From NCBI GenBank assembly GCA_951406725.2, contig OX597826.1:18166001-18230000 (forward strand): a stretch of 64,000 nucleotides of DNA, read 5' to 3'. The notes under the pieces were generated by a model, which saw only the letters and a program-made list of their open reading frames with translations, made no database searches and was not told the origin of the DNA. Positions 39,371 to 52,054 of this stretch are shown in pieces (within the stretch, counting starts at the first letter, position 1; each line of letters begins with the position of its first letter). The stretch is from Octopus vulgaris. Lineage: Eukaryota. Position numbers and translations under genes: made by a program.

Positions 39371-39869
39371 GATGCTAGAAATCCAATCTTATTTTTGCTT
39401 GACTCAGGATAGCGATTCCACTAATGAGATGAGTTGAGAGAATGCATGCTTAACAAACAGCTTCAGCACCTGCTACAGCTGCAGTAATTGTTTGAACATC
39501 ATCAGCCACAGCAATTAAGTTCTCCATTTATTGGCAGCAAATAAACCAACCAACCAGAGAAATATATCTTTTCCGCAAGAAACAACAAAGCACAAGCTCC
39601 AGACTAGTCAAATGAAAATCGGACAAAAAGTGGTGGAAGTGATATACACATTTACCATCACTGCACTCTCTTTCAGAGACATCTTCCTCTTACTCTATTT
39701 CATGATGTAACTGCCCACCTAGTTTGTAACTTCAACCCAGGGCGTATCTTGCAGCAGGTCTGGCCCAGTCTGGACTCCAGACAACTTAACAAGACCATCA
39801 ATTCAGCAATGCATGAGCTTGCCTCTCAAGACCCAAGCTGCAAGCCCTGTAACTTGTTCTGGTTAAAAT

Positions 39870-41370
39870 GTGCTTCAGTTATCACCTTATATTCCTAGGT
39901 TTATACAAAGAACAATGATTCCCTTATATCTGTGGCTAAATTTTCCCAAGAAATAGATTTGGAATATGATTCACTAAAATTTAAACTAAAGACAGCAACC
40001 AAAAACTAGATATACTTGTAGCTCTGTGATGATCAAATGTAAAACACAATCTTGCACGGCCAATCGTTCTGTAAACTGATTGCCACACATGTAAATAAAA
40101 AAATAAATTTTTTTAAAACTAATCCTGGCCTGAATGAACCAATCCAAATAGAATAAAGGAATGGAAGAAGATCGTCACCAACAAATGTTCTTTTCTACTC
40201 TAGGCACAAGGCCTGAAATCTTTTGGGAGGAGGCCAGTTGATTAGATCAACCCCATTATGCAACTGGTACTTAACTTATCGACCCTGAAAGTATGAAAGG
40301 CAAAATCGGCCTCAGCAGAATTTGAACTCAGAACATAGACAGACAAAATACCGCTAAACATTTCGCCTGGTGTGCTAACATTTCTGCCAGATCACTGCCA
40401 TCATCACCAACAAATATTCTTTTCTACTCTAGGCACAGGGCCCAAAATTGGGGGGGGGGAGCAGTCAATTAGATCAACCCCTGTTTGCAACTGGTACTTA
40501 ATTTATCAACCTCGAAAAAATGAAAGACAAAGTCGACCTCAGCGGAATTTGAACTCAGAACATAACGGCAGACGAAATACCGCTAAGCATTTCGCCCAGC
40601 GTGCTAATGTTTCTTATTCCTTTATTGCTCACAAAGAGCTAAACATAGAGGGGACAAACAAGGACAGACAAAGGGATTAAGTTGATTATATCGACCCCAG
40701 TGCGCAACTGGTACTTAATTTATCGACCCCGAAAGGATGAAAGGCAAAGTTGACCTCGGCGGAATTTGAACTCAGAACGTAATGGCAGACGAAATACTGC
40801 TAAGCATTTCGCCCGGCATGCTAACATTTCTTCCAGCTCGCTGCCTTCGTCACCAACAAATATTGAAAGAAATATCCTTAATTTCTATAACACAAATGAC
40901 AAAGGTCACCTGTGTAGTTTGTTTTCTGAAGCAACATACCAGAATGTGTCAGAGTGGTCTACACTAGTGCCCATGAATTATGTTTGGATAAATAGCAACA
41001 TAGAAAACATGATTTTCATATGCCTAGCAACTCTATTACAGCTATTTTCCTGTGAACCTATTCTAATCTTTGGAAATAATAATGTGAAAATTCTATGGAA
41101 TGTAACAGAATTCTAGCAGACAATACATAATAAACTTGACGTTATTTCCATGAAACAAATGACAATAATCGACTTCGGAGTGAGTTGAAAGCTGAGGAAT
41201 TACACCAACTTAGTAGTTGAATCAGAGATATTACGGCAGCTAAAGTATGTCTTTGGAATGATACATAACCACTTCCATGAAGACATTGACTGATGGCCTA
41301 TAAGGATAGACACAGGAACATTCCAGAAAACAGCAATACTAATATATGTAAATAGTATATGCAGTATAAT
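39870..41370 (+). pseudogene. R4/Dong-like LINE remnant with restriction-like endonuclease domain, interrupted by SINEs
   Basis: LYIPR-like motif, then GNNNVKILWN, IHNKLDVI (NKPD), IIDFGV, FQKTAIL in R4/Dong C-terminal order. Confidence 0.6.
40189..40846 (-). mobile_element. Stack of three SINE family B copies
   Basis: Copies at about 40189-40400, 40419-40612 and 40613-40846 (the last with a variant tail); shared TSD tcgtcaccaacaaatatt. Confidence 0.9.
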
Positions 41371-42052
41371 ATGTAAATATAGAACATTCTCACACAGCAA
41401 TTGTTCAACTTCCACGTTTCTACGCATGTTTTTCCAAGATGTAGCTAATTCTTTTTGATGTAAGAAAGAAAACTGTTGATGTATTTCTCAAACCATGAAT
41501 ATTAAAGACAATAATAGTAATAATAATATTTTGTGAGAATGAAAGACTAATCTTTAAAAGTTAATTCAATAGACCATAAATATATTAATGGCACTTATTC
41601 TATTCAACCTGGCAAGATTTGAACACAGATGATAAATGTTGTAAGGCATGGGTTCTAAAACATTTTCTGTTCATGCCAAATCACCACTGTTATGATACAC
41701 ACACACACATGCACACATGCGCACACACGCACACGTGCACATACACACACATACACACACACATACACACATACACACACACAAACACACACACTCACAT
41801 ACACATACACACACGTTAAATCAAATCAAAATATGAAGAGTGAAGAAAAAAATATAGTGAATAAAATACACAGTGTGCAACTGATAGCAATACCTATCCA
41901 TATTCTGTGTGTGTGTGTGAAAGAGAGGGAGAGAGAAAGAGAGAGTGATATCTCTATACATATATGTGTGTGTCTGTGTCTGTGTGTGTATATATATATG
42001 TAAGAATATGAGAAACTGTGTGTTCATAGACAGGGAAAACAAATACTTATAT

Positions 42053-42084
<32 letters not shown>

Positions 42085-42439
42085 ATACATACATATATAT
42101 ATATATATATTTCTCACACACACCCATACATATATACATTGCAAAACTTTAAAAGAAAAAGTAAAATAGAGAAAATTGGAAATGAAATATCAGACCCTAA
42201 GGGAGGATCACCATGAAAACCCATACCATTCGCCATTATCTCCCAATGAAACAGCTTTATTTCTTTGTCCTGGTGGCAGACAAACTTGAAGACCAAGTAA
42301 ATTGGAAACAGTATGAATGTACAAAAAAATATATGGCAGCAAAAGAGAGAGGCACAGGATTTTGTGTAAACAACTACCCCCTCCCCCTTCATCACTATCC
42401 TTCTAGGTAGCAGCTTATAAGTTATATATGCAGATATAC

Positions 42440-43560
42440 TGCACTTCTAGCTCTCTGTTTGATTATGATTTAGGTAAAGCTTCATGACTAACCTGCTAGT
42501 GAAGAAAATAACCTTTGACCATTTCATGAAGCTTGTGTTGTCAGAGCTAATGTGTATGCTTTTAGAGACAAAGGAACAAATACCATTCAGTGAGCCGAAA
42601 TGGCAGAAATGCGATGTGGCAGCAAAGTCATCCTTTGTTCTTCTACAGACCAGGATGTGATAATACAGCACTAATATATGCAGCTTTATTGTGGAACTTT
42701 GCTCAACTGTTCAAGACAAGCAGTCTTGGAAAGGAGATGGTAGGACCTTAGTGCCTGCTTTGACAATCTGTTGCAACTCAGCAAAGAACAGCAAGTTCTC
42801 AAAAATAAATAAATAAATAAAAACCAATAACAGCAGCTGAGATACCATTGGTGGTAAGTGACTGTATGAAAGGTAAATGACTTGGTCTGAGTTGACTGCT
42901 ACATGCACTTGACCCTTTCGTTACCGTATTTATTTTGAGATGTTCTGTGTTTCTTTCATTAATTTTAAATTTAGTAAAATTTAGTAAAATAACTTAGTTA
43001 TCATTAAGATAGTGCTACAAACATAAATTGCGACTAAGGTCTGGTGGAATATTGGAATATTTTAATTCAAAACTTATGTAAACAAGCCATTTGTACTACA
43101 AAGCCAGAGTTAGTTTCAGCTGGGTTGGTATCAAAAGGGTTAATGTATACATGCCAGACTAGGAGAATCCCTAGTTTTGTAAGCCAGTGGGCAGTAATGC
43201 TGCTGAGGAAAGGCCTGGACAAAAAGAGGACAAGGACATTATCAATAGTTTCCGTTCCATAACTCTACTGACTGAATACAGAGTCTGAGATGTTGTTCAA
43301 GGAATACTTGTTGTCTGAGGTGTTGTAAGGAAATCGCACACATGTTTTCTCAGGCATATCTGTGTTGATGACATCCATTTCATATAACACAATGTAGCTT
43401 ATTACTCTCATAAGGCTCTGATTAATTTGGATCAATAGAAAGCTTTTTTATAAGCCTGACCATCATAATTTGATAGCTGTGCTGGAAGCAGCTGGTTTCA
43501 GTCTCATTTTCAAAGATTGTATCACTTCTGCTCAGGGATAAGACTAAATCTTGAATCATA
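42440..43560 (+). pseudogene. Tx1/L1-clade LINE RT remnant interrupted by a MITE
   Basis: NSFRSITLL (N-x-RPITLL), ALINLDQ*KAF, DHHNLIAVLEAAGF; left boundary uncertain. Confidence 0.6.
42913..43139 (+). mobile_element. piggyBac-type MITE
   Basis: ttga|ccctttcgttacc...ggtatcaaaaggg|ttaa; colinear with 25928-26138. Confidence 0.88.
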
Positions 43561-44042
43561 TGCTTAGTCTGTCTGGGGTGTCATCTCTCAACCCTTCAGC
43601 ATGTAGTAACTTTCAAGACACTGTTGCAGACACTGCAGAAATTAGGTAAGCGAAAGCTATCCCTGAAAAATGAAGTGAGTAAAGATGGCAGAAACATTGT
43701 ACATTGCTTCCATATACACTTTATATACATTATGCACAATTTTATAGACTTAATACACAGCACTCATAAAATAAATATTCACTCTTATTTTTCCATTTTC
43801 CCTGTAAACAAAAACAAATATCCTGTACATATGATACAACCTTTAGTTAAATTGCATATATCTACCATGTAAATAAGTGTGAATATTTCACAGAATTGCA
43901 CATATGTGCATGCGTTAAGTGATAGGGGATATAAAAAACTTAGTTCAGTTTTTAAAAAATACAGTTTCCACTATCCAATGACCACCACCACCACCACCAC
44001 CACCATCATCATCTCTCTCTGCCTCTTCTCTCTCCCCATCTC

Positions 44043-44099
<57 letters not shown>

Positions 44100-44163
44100 G
44101 GGTAGATTTCGGTATGGAAAATATAACCATTATCGGTGGGAACCTTTTCAAAAAGTTCTATAT

Positions 44164-44355
44164 ATCATCATCATCATCATCATCATCGTTTAACGTCCGT
44201 TTTCCGCACTAGCACGGGTTGGACGGTTCGACCAGGGTCTGGGAAGCCAGGGGCTGCACCAGGCTCCAGTCTGATCTGACAGAGTTTCTACAGCTGGATG
44301 CCCTTCCTAACGCCAACCACTCCACGAGTTTAGTGGTTGCTTTTTACGTGCCACC
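44164..44355 (-). mobile_element. RTE LINE 3' tail with (CAT)n
   Basis: catcatcgtttaacgtccg...gtttctacagctggatgcccttcctaacgccaaccactcc. Confidence 0.8.
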
Positions 44356-44360
44356 TGCAG

Positions 44361-44426
<66 letters not shown>

Positions 44427-44689
44427 GGCAAATTGTTGATTTTGAAATTAATAATTATTTACCCTTATATTATTAATAATGGAATTTTTCACTCCCTTAT
44501 GACAATCCATAGTTCTATTCCTGAGGAACTATTTTTCTGATGCACATGGTAAAATTTTGGAGGGAAAATACGAATTCATTCATCTATATGGATTTGGTCT
44601 GTGTTGACTATCTCCTGCTATCTCCAATGGCGTAAGGTCGGGAAGCAAGAGGTATGTAAATCAACATTTGCAAATCTATCTAATGGACT

Positions 44690-44749
44690 GTTGCGCTGAA
44701 GACAGGAATGAATTTGTTTATAATTCTGACCCAGAAACATGTCCGTAAC
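44690..44749 (+). ncRNA. Minimal type-I hammerhead ribozyme candidate
   Basis: GTTGCG-CTGAAGA-(irregular stem II)-GAAA-CATG-TC-CGTAAC; stem I pairs fully; palindromic stem III ACATGT; GUC triplet. Confidence 0.6.
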
Positions 44750-44912
44750 TAACCGAAGACTTTGTTTTCGTTATTTTTCCTTCTGTTTTACATATGTGAG
44801 TTACATGTATATGTTATATGTGGAGTTATATTTGTAGAAAATAGAAATAAGTGGTCTTTGACTGCTATTTCTAATTTTTCGGTATGTGGCTAAGCAACCT
44901 GTTGCTTGTCCT

Positions 44913-44954
<42 letters not shown>

Positions 44955-44957
<3 letters not shown>

Positions 44958-45345
44958 CACAGGAGTGGCTGTGTGGTAAGTAGCTTGCTAACCAACCACA
45001 TGGTTCCGGGGGTTCAGTCCCACTGCGTGGCATCTTGGGCAAGTGTCTTCTGCTATAGCCCCGGGCTGACCAATGCCTTGTAAGTGGATTTGGTAGATGG
45101 AAACTGAAAGAAGCCTGTCATATATATGTATATATATATATGTGTGTGTGTTTGTTTGTGTGTCTGTGTTTGTCCCCCTAGCATTGCTTGACAACCGATG
45201 CTGGTGTGTTTACGTCCCCGTCACATAGCGGTTCGGCAAAAGAGACCGATAGAATAAGTCCTGGGGTCGATTTGATCGACTAAAGGCGGTGCTCCAGCAT
45301 GGCCGCAGTCAAATGACTGAAATAAGTAAAAGAGTAAAAGAGAGA
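44955..45345 (+). mobile_element. SINE family A
   Basis: Near full-length, colinear with 3951-4372. Confidence 0.9.
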
Positions 45346-45414
45346 GTATATATATATATATATATATTCGGTTAAGTAATTGAGATTCTAGTGAATTCTA
45401 AAGAATTCACATGA

Positions 45415-45445
<31 letters not shown>

Positions 45446-46082
45446 CACACTTGTATGCATGCATGTATGTATATTTCAATTGTATATGCATATCCATGTA
45501 CGTAAATAAATTCTGTAATTCTGATACTTGGATTCTGGCAGTTTTCCCCTTTTCATATTAGAGTCACATTTCTCACTGGGTATTTGTAAGGGAATTTTCA
45601 ATTATGCCATTCAGTACAGCACCATTTAACTTAAGTCTATTATGCTTGACTGACTCACTGCCTGACTGACTGACTGAATGAATGAATGAATGAATGAATG
45701 AATGAATGAATGAACAGATGGATAGGTGGATGAATGGGTAGTTGAGTGGATGGACAGGTGGGATTGGAAGGATGAATGAATAGATGAATGGGTATATGTG
45801 GATGATGAAGCCTTAGTTATCTGAGCATATGAAAAAATGTCTAGAAGGGCTATTTTCATTCAAAAGCTATTAGTATGGTTCACCCAAAAACTGAAAAATC
45901 TGAAATTATAAAAGAAAGGACGTTATACAGAATAACAAAAACATATCAATGGTGTTGCCATAGTGTGCAAACCAGCTGGGAAAAAGTTTATTAAAATCGG
46001 TTCACAGAAAACCGAGAAATCCAAAATTTCACTCCTAAGCTATTAGCATCCAAGGTGTATATATATATATATATTTATTTAT

Positions 46083-46256
46083 ATTTATATTAAGGGCATT
46101 ACTATACGTAAATGCCTCATGCTAGGAGGGACTCTTACAGTCAAAACTACCATAATTAATAAATAAATAAATAACCATATTTATTATGGCAGTTTTGACT
46201 GTAAGAGTCCCTCCTAGAGTGAGGCATTTATGTATAGTAATGCCCTTAATATAAAT
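46083..46256. repeat. Inverted repeat with 74-bp arms and a 26-nt spacer
   Basis: 46083-46156 is the reverse complement of 46183-46256 with few mismatches. Confidence 0.9.
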
Positions 46257-46357
46257 AAATATATTTAAGAAGGAATAATTGATGGATTTTTCCCTTTATG
46301 AGGTTTTTCATGCTAACTACTTGATAAATTCTTATAAAGATTTTATCCTATTTTTCA

Positions 46358-46459
<102 letters not shown>

Positions 46460-46540
46460 TGTGTGTGTGTATGTGTGTATGTATATATATATATATGTAT
46501 GTATGTATGTATATATGTATGTGTGTGTGTGTGTGTGTAT

Positions 46541-47797
46541 ACTCAAGAGTAATGAGAAACGTTCTTTGTGGGACAAGCCTGTGGTAGTTCAGGCTTCCAC
46601 CACCAGGAACCACTTGGTGCAATCCTCAGGCATCTGCCATCTGGCATCATCAACTTACATCATACGATTATGTGGTGCATCTTTGTTTGTTGATTTTTGT
46701 GATGACTGAAACGAAGGAACAGTGTGCTTCTGTGAAACTGTTTTCAGCTGGGAAAAAACAGCAGCCAAAACAGTTGTCATGCTTCGAACAGCTTACAAGG
46801 ATGCTGCTATGAGCAAAACGCAAGTTTACAAGTGGCTTCCATGCTTTGCGGATGATCACTTGCTGTTTAAAGAGGAACCTCATTCAGGGTGGTTACTGAC
46901 CTCCTAAATGAATGAAAACACCACAAAAATTCATGAACTGATCCTGGAGGACTGTCACCAAACAACTGACAAACTTGTTGATATACCTGACGTGTCCTGG
47001 GCTCTGGCAAACGAATTTTGAGCAAGGAATCGTGAATGAAAATAGTTGTAGCAAAACTTGTTCCTTGCTTGCTCATGGAAAATCAAAAGCGGTCATGAGT
47101 GAATGCATATTTTGAGGTGAAAGAACAGCTGGAAGTTGATCTAGGCATTACTTTTGAAGATCCTCACTGGTGATTAAAGCTGGTGCTACTACTATGATTT
47201 GGAAACGAAGAAGCATTCAATGGCATCACTTCCGCCAAAAAGTGCGTCAAGTGAAATCCAATGTCAAGATAATGCTAAGTTGTTTCATCGATGCAAAAGG
47301 AATTGTCCACACAGAATCTGTTCCTCCTGGACAAACTGTTAACCAGACAATTTACTCTGCAGTTCTGAAGCATTTGCAAGACAGGTGAGATAAAAACACC
47401 CTAACCTGGGGTTAATTGAGGAGTGGTGGTTTCATCCCAACAATGCACCAGCATAGACCGCCTTGAGTGTGAGACAGTTTTTGTCAAAAATGGCCTGACC
47501 TCACTTACTCCCCCTCCCTATTCACCTGATCTTGCTCCCTGGTATTGAATGAAAAAAGTCTTTAAAGGAAAACGTTTTGCAGATGTGGAAGAGATGAAGG
47601 GAAAAAAATGATGGACGATGGAGGTGTTAAAAGGCATCACTTTGCAAGAGCTGCAGGACTGCATTGAAACATTGGAAAAACACATCTGAACCAATGCATT
47701 GCTTCAAATGGAGAATACTTTGAAGGTGATAGAAGTGTAAACATGTAAAGCTAAGTGAATAAAATAATATTGCAAAATTCTTTTGGGTATCCCCTCG
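46541..47797 (+). mobile_element. Near full-length decayed mariner transposon
   Basis: LRTAYKDAAMSKTQVYKW, AKLVPCLL, SNVKIMLSCFIDAKGIVH, VPPGQTVNQ, FHPNNAPA, PPYSPDLAP; right end cccctcg|TA; left TIR degenerate. Confidence 0.9.
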
Positions 47798-47840
47798 TAT
47801 ATATATACACACGCGCATATATATATATATATGTATATGA

Positions 47841-47958
47841 CGTGGTTCCAGGTTCAGTCCCTCTGCATGGCACCTTGGGCAAGTATCTTCTACTATAGCT
47901 TCGGACCGACCAAAGCCTTGTGAGTGGATTTGGTAGATGGAAACTGAAGAAGCTTGTC

Positions 47959-47960
<2 letters not shown>
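47841..47960 (+). mobile_element. SINE family A fragment
   Basis: ggttccaggttcagtccc...ggaaactgaagaagc. Confidence 0.8.
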
Positions 47961-48002
<42 letters not shown>

Positions 48003-48145
48003 ATGTGTGTGTGTATGTATACATTTGTGTGTGTGTGTGTGTGTTACATATATATATATATACACATATGTGTCATATATATATATATATATATATATTT
48101 ATGTGTGTGTACGAGATATGTGTGTGCTATGTGTGTGTGTGTATG

Positions 48146-48191
<46 letters not shown>

Positions 48192-48197
<6 letters not shown>

Positions 48198-48404
48198 AAA
48201 ATGGAGTTAACGCAGGTGTAATAAAATATTTTTACTTTCGACACATGTTTCGAAAATTCCACTGATACTATTCAAAAGAATAAATCGTGTAAGCAATGCA
48301 TTGTTTATACCATTTATTCTTTTGAATAGTATCAGTGGAATTTTCGAAACTTGTATCGAAAGTAAAAATATTTGATTACACCTGCGTTAACTCCATTTTT
48401 TATT
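48192..48404. repeat. Near-perfect loopless palindrome of about 213 bp
   Basis: Centred on aatg|catt at 48298/48299. Confidence 0.9.
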
Positions 48405-48859
48405 CATATTATTCAAAATATTCAATGTAAGCACGAAGTTTCTACCTTTATAAACAAGGAGTTACAACACCTTTACTTGTGAGATTTTTGCTGCCCTGGT
48501 AACTATTTTTTTTTTTTTTTTCCGTGTTAATTGTTAACAAGGTAAAAATACACTCATCTATTTATATATATATATATATATATTATGTGAAATAGAAAGA
48601 TGAATAATCTTGTAGCAGATTAATCAAAAGTTTAACCGATACCTTGGTAGCAAAATTCACAGCAGAAGACAGCACGGTTGGAGGTACAACCATATGGTGT
48701 TGCAACCGTGCGTTGGTGCGGATAATTGAAGAGAAAGACACAATATGGTCTCATTATTCAATCGGATTTTGGTAAATTGTGCCTTTCGAAATACGTGTAG
48801 AATGAAATAAAACGATTTCTGTTCAATCTTCGTTCCGCTCCATTTCTTCAATTCACCAA

Positions 48860-48938
<79 letters not shown>

Positions 48939-48954
48939 CACATATATATACATC

Positions 48955-48996
<42 letters not shown>

Positions 48997-49047
48997 TACA
49001 TACATATGTATATGTATATATATGTACATACATATGTATATATACAA

Positions 49048-49090
<43 letters not shown>

Positions 49091-49096
<6 letters not shown>

Positions 49097-50546
49097 TCGT
49101 TTTGGGATTTGGTTTGCTAGATTTTTTATGTGAGTTTGTGTTTTGAAGCATATTCTGTTATATCTGGGGAGAGTCATTCTCTAGTACCTTGTAATTTAAC
49201 ACACACACCGGTAAAATTTCCACTTATTTCTATTTTAGTTTTCTAAAATTTTTGTTGCATCTTGCAAACTTTTCAATAGTTTTGACTCTGTCCCTTATTC
49301 ACACTGCATTCTTTTTTGTTTGTTTGTGCGCATATGTGTGGGTTAGTGTATATGTGTGCATACACATGCATGTATGTATGTATGTATGTATGTATGTATG
49401 TATGTATGTATGTATGTTTGTATGTATGTATGTGTGTTTGTATGTGTGTGTGTGTATGAATGTATGTGTGTGTATGTGCATATGTATATATGTATGTACG
49501 TGTGTGCATTTGTATGTATGTATTCTGCATATTCATGTGTTTGCATGTCCATGTTTGTATGTTCTTATGTGTGAGTGCGTGTGTGTGTGTGTGTATGTGC
49601 TTGTATGTTTAGTCGTTCTGGCTATGTGAATATTTGAGACAATATGACAACAAAAAATAGTCCTCCATACTCTACCAACATGGAGGCAACATGAGTCACA
49701 TTGACATCCGCATCTTATCCATGCACCCAAAGGACCCAACACTCAGACAAATACAGAAGTACGTCCTCATAGATGAAACTTCCCCAATGCTAAATAGGAA
49801 ATATACATAGTAGATATCATACCTCCATACCCACAGTTTACACAGGTAGAATAGAATAGCTAGTGGGCTGTTATGTAGATAGATGTGTGTATGTGTGTGT
49901 GTGGGGGGTGTATGTATATATATATATGTATATGCGCATGTGTCTAAGCATATGGATATGAAAGTAAACAGATCAACATACAGATGGATAGGTACATAGG
50001 TTATAAGAACAGACAAGCACACATACACAAATGAAGACTGTAACACAGGACCATATATACACACACACTTTACTTCATGCATGGACACATATGGAGACAC
50101 ATGTCCACACATATGGAGATACACAGCCATACATACAAACACAGTACATAGTTACAAAACACACACACACACTCAGACATGCACACACAAGGAGACTGAG
50201 GTTCCCACACACATATGCAAATACACATACACGCACATACATAAAAACACACAAACACAGACACGCAAACCCATACATATGCAGAATACATACATACAAA
50301 TGCACACACATACCTACATATATACATAAGCACATACACATACATGCTTACTCACACATGCATATATACATACATACATGCATGCAAGTGTATGCACACA
50401 CACACATACACACACACTAAGCCACATATATGCGCATAAACAAATAAAAAGAAACGCAGTGAGAATAACGGACAGAGTCAAAACTATTGGAAAGATTGCA
50501 AGATGCAACAAAAACTTTCGAAAAATAAAAAGAAATAAGTTGAAAT
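49091..50546. mobile_element. Foldback family FB1, long copy
   Basis: About 49216-49600 is inverted versus about 50170-50546; core at about 49620-49930. Confidence 0.8.
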
Positions 50547-50862
50547 ACCTATAGGTGCATGTACGTGGGTGTGCAGGCGTGCCTGTGTATGTATGGACAT
50601 GTGCGCTTACGTGAATACTACGAACATTTTTACTCCCTTACCTTTACTCCCTCTCCTTAGTGGTCATTCTAATAGCTCTTTTGTCTTAATAACAGTCAAT
50701 CACACAGTAATTTCCCTTTGCTTAAGAGTCATTTTCATAGCAATTTTTTCGATAGCTCGATAACTGAAGAGATGCTGGCATGGGTTTCCGCTCCAACATC
50801 CGAAACTCAGATTTTATCATGGCTACTGAATAATTGTTACATATTATATTTACATATAATAT

Positions 50863-51590
50863 GTAGTGTGTGATCATCACATTGACCATGACAGAGAAAG
50901 TTGTCATGGCAATACCTGCTTAGAGGCCTACACAAGGTTGCAGAAAGTGTATGGAGAGGAGTATATGAACTGCACACAAGTGTATGAATGGTTCAGACGT
51001 TTCCAAGATGGCCAAAAAATGTCGATATTGACGAACATTCTGGAAGAGATGCAACCAGCAGAAGTGAGAAAAATATCATAGATGTGTGGATAGCTGTGAG
51101 GGGAAATCATCAAATCACCATCCGTGAGTTATCAGAGGATGTGAAGATTAGTTATGGTTCAATTCAGTCCATTATCACTGAAGATTTGGGTATGAGACGC
51201 ATATCTACCAAATTTGCGCCAAATCTGCTTTCGGCTGATCAAAAAGACACTCGGGATTCAGTTGCTCAAGATCTCCTTGATTGTGTCAAGAATGATGAAA
51301 ACATTTTGAAAACTTTGTGTAGACATCTGAGCAAGTATCTCCAGCATTTGGCAAAATTTAATACAGATTCTCTGTTCAACTTTCTCTGTCATGGTCAATG
51401 CGATGATCACACACTACACACGTTCCTTCCAAGCACTGCTGTAATCAGTGGATATGAGCTAGAGCATTAAAACTTAGGGTACTTGCATAAAAGAGTTCAT
51501 GGTTAATCTATGCCAAGCAGCTTCACTCTGCGTGCTTTAGCTTTGTTACTTTTGCAACAGTCTGGATACTTATTGATCAGACCACATATG
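50863..51590. mobile_element. Rearranged mariner element: transposase N-terminal half plus an inverted copy of its own 5' end
   Basis: LQKVYGEEYMNCTQVYEWFRRF, ITIRELSE, ISTKFAPNLL; 50863-50903 inverted at 51378-51418; TIR-like end tacttattgatcagacc. Confidence 0.8.
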
Positions 51591-52054
51591 TATAGATATA
51601 TATAAGGTTAGCTGAGTTAGAGGTTGAAATAAGTGTCTAAGGGATAAAAGTATCCATTATACCACCGGTATATTTAAACACGGGCAAACATATTATGCTC
51701 ATAAATTATAGGTAAAGACAAGGTTAAACAGGAGTTTATCAGGAATCAAAATTATTTGAATCATGGAACTTCGTCAGAGTGGAAAAAAAAAAAATGTCTT
51801 CTCCTTTCCTTGTCCCTTCTTTTTTGTCACTTCTCTTTATTTCGTTATTTTCTACTCTGATGAAGCTCCATGATTTAAATCAGTTTTATTACAAACTATG
51901 ATAAATATTTTTTAGCATAATAATGGTGATAGGAAAGAACATTGGCAGCAGAAACAGCTGTTAGATGGGATGCAGTCTTTTCATAAATAATTAATAAATA
52001 TTAATTAATGCAAATCAATATTATCTCCATTTTCTGCTTTCTTTATATATATAT

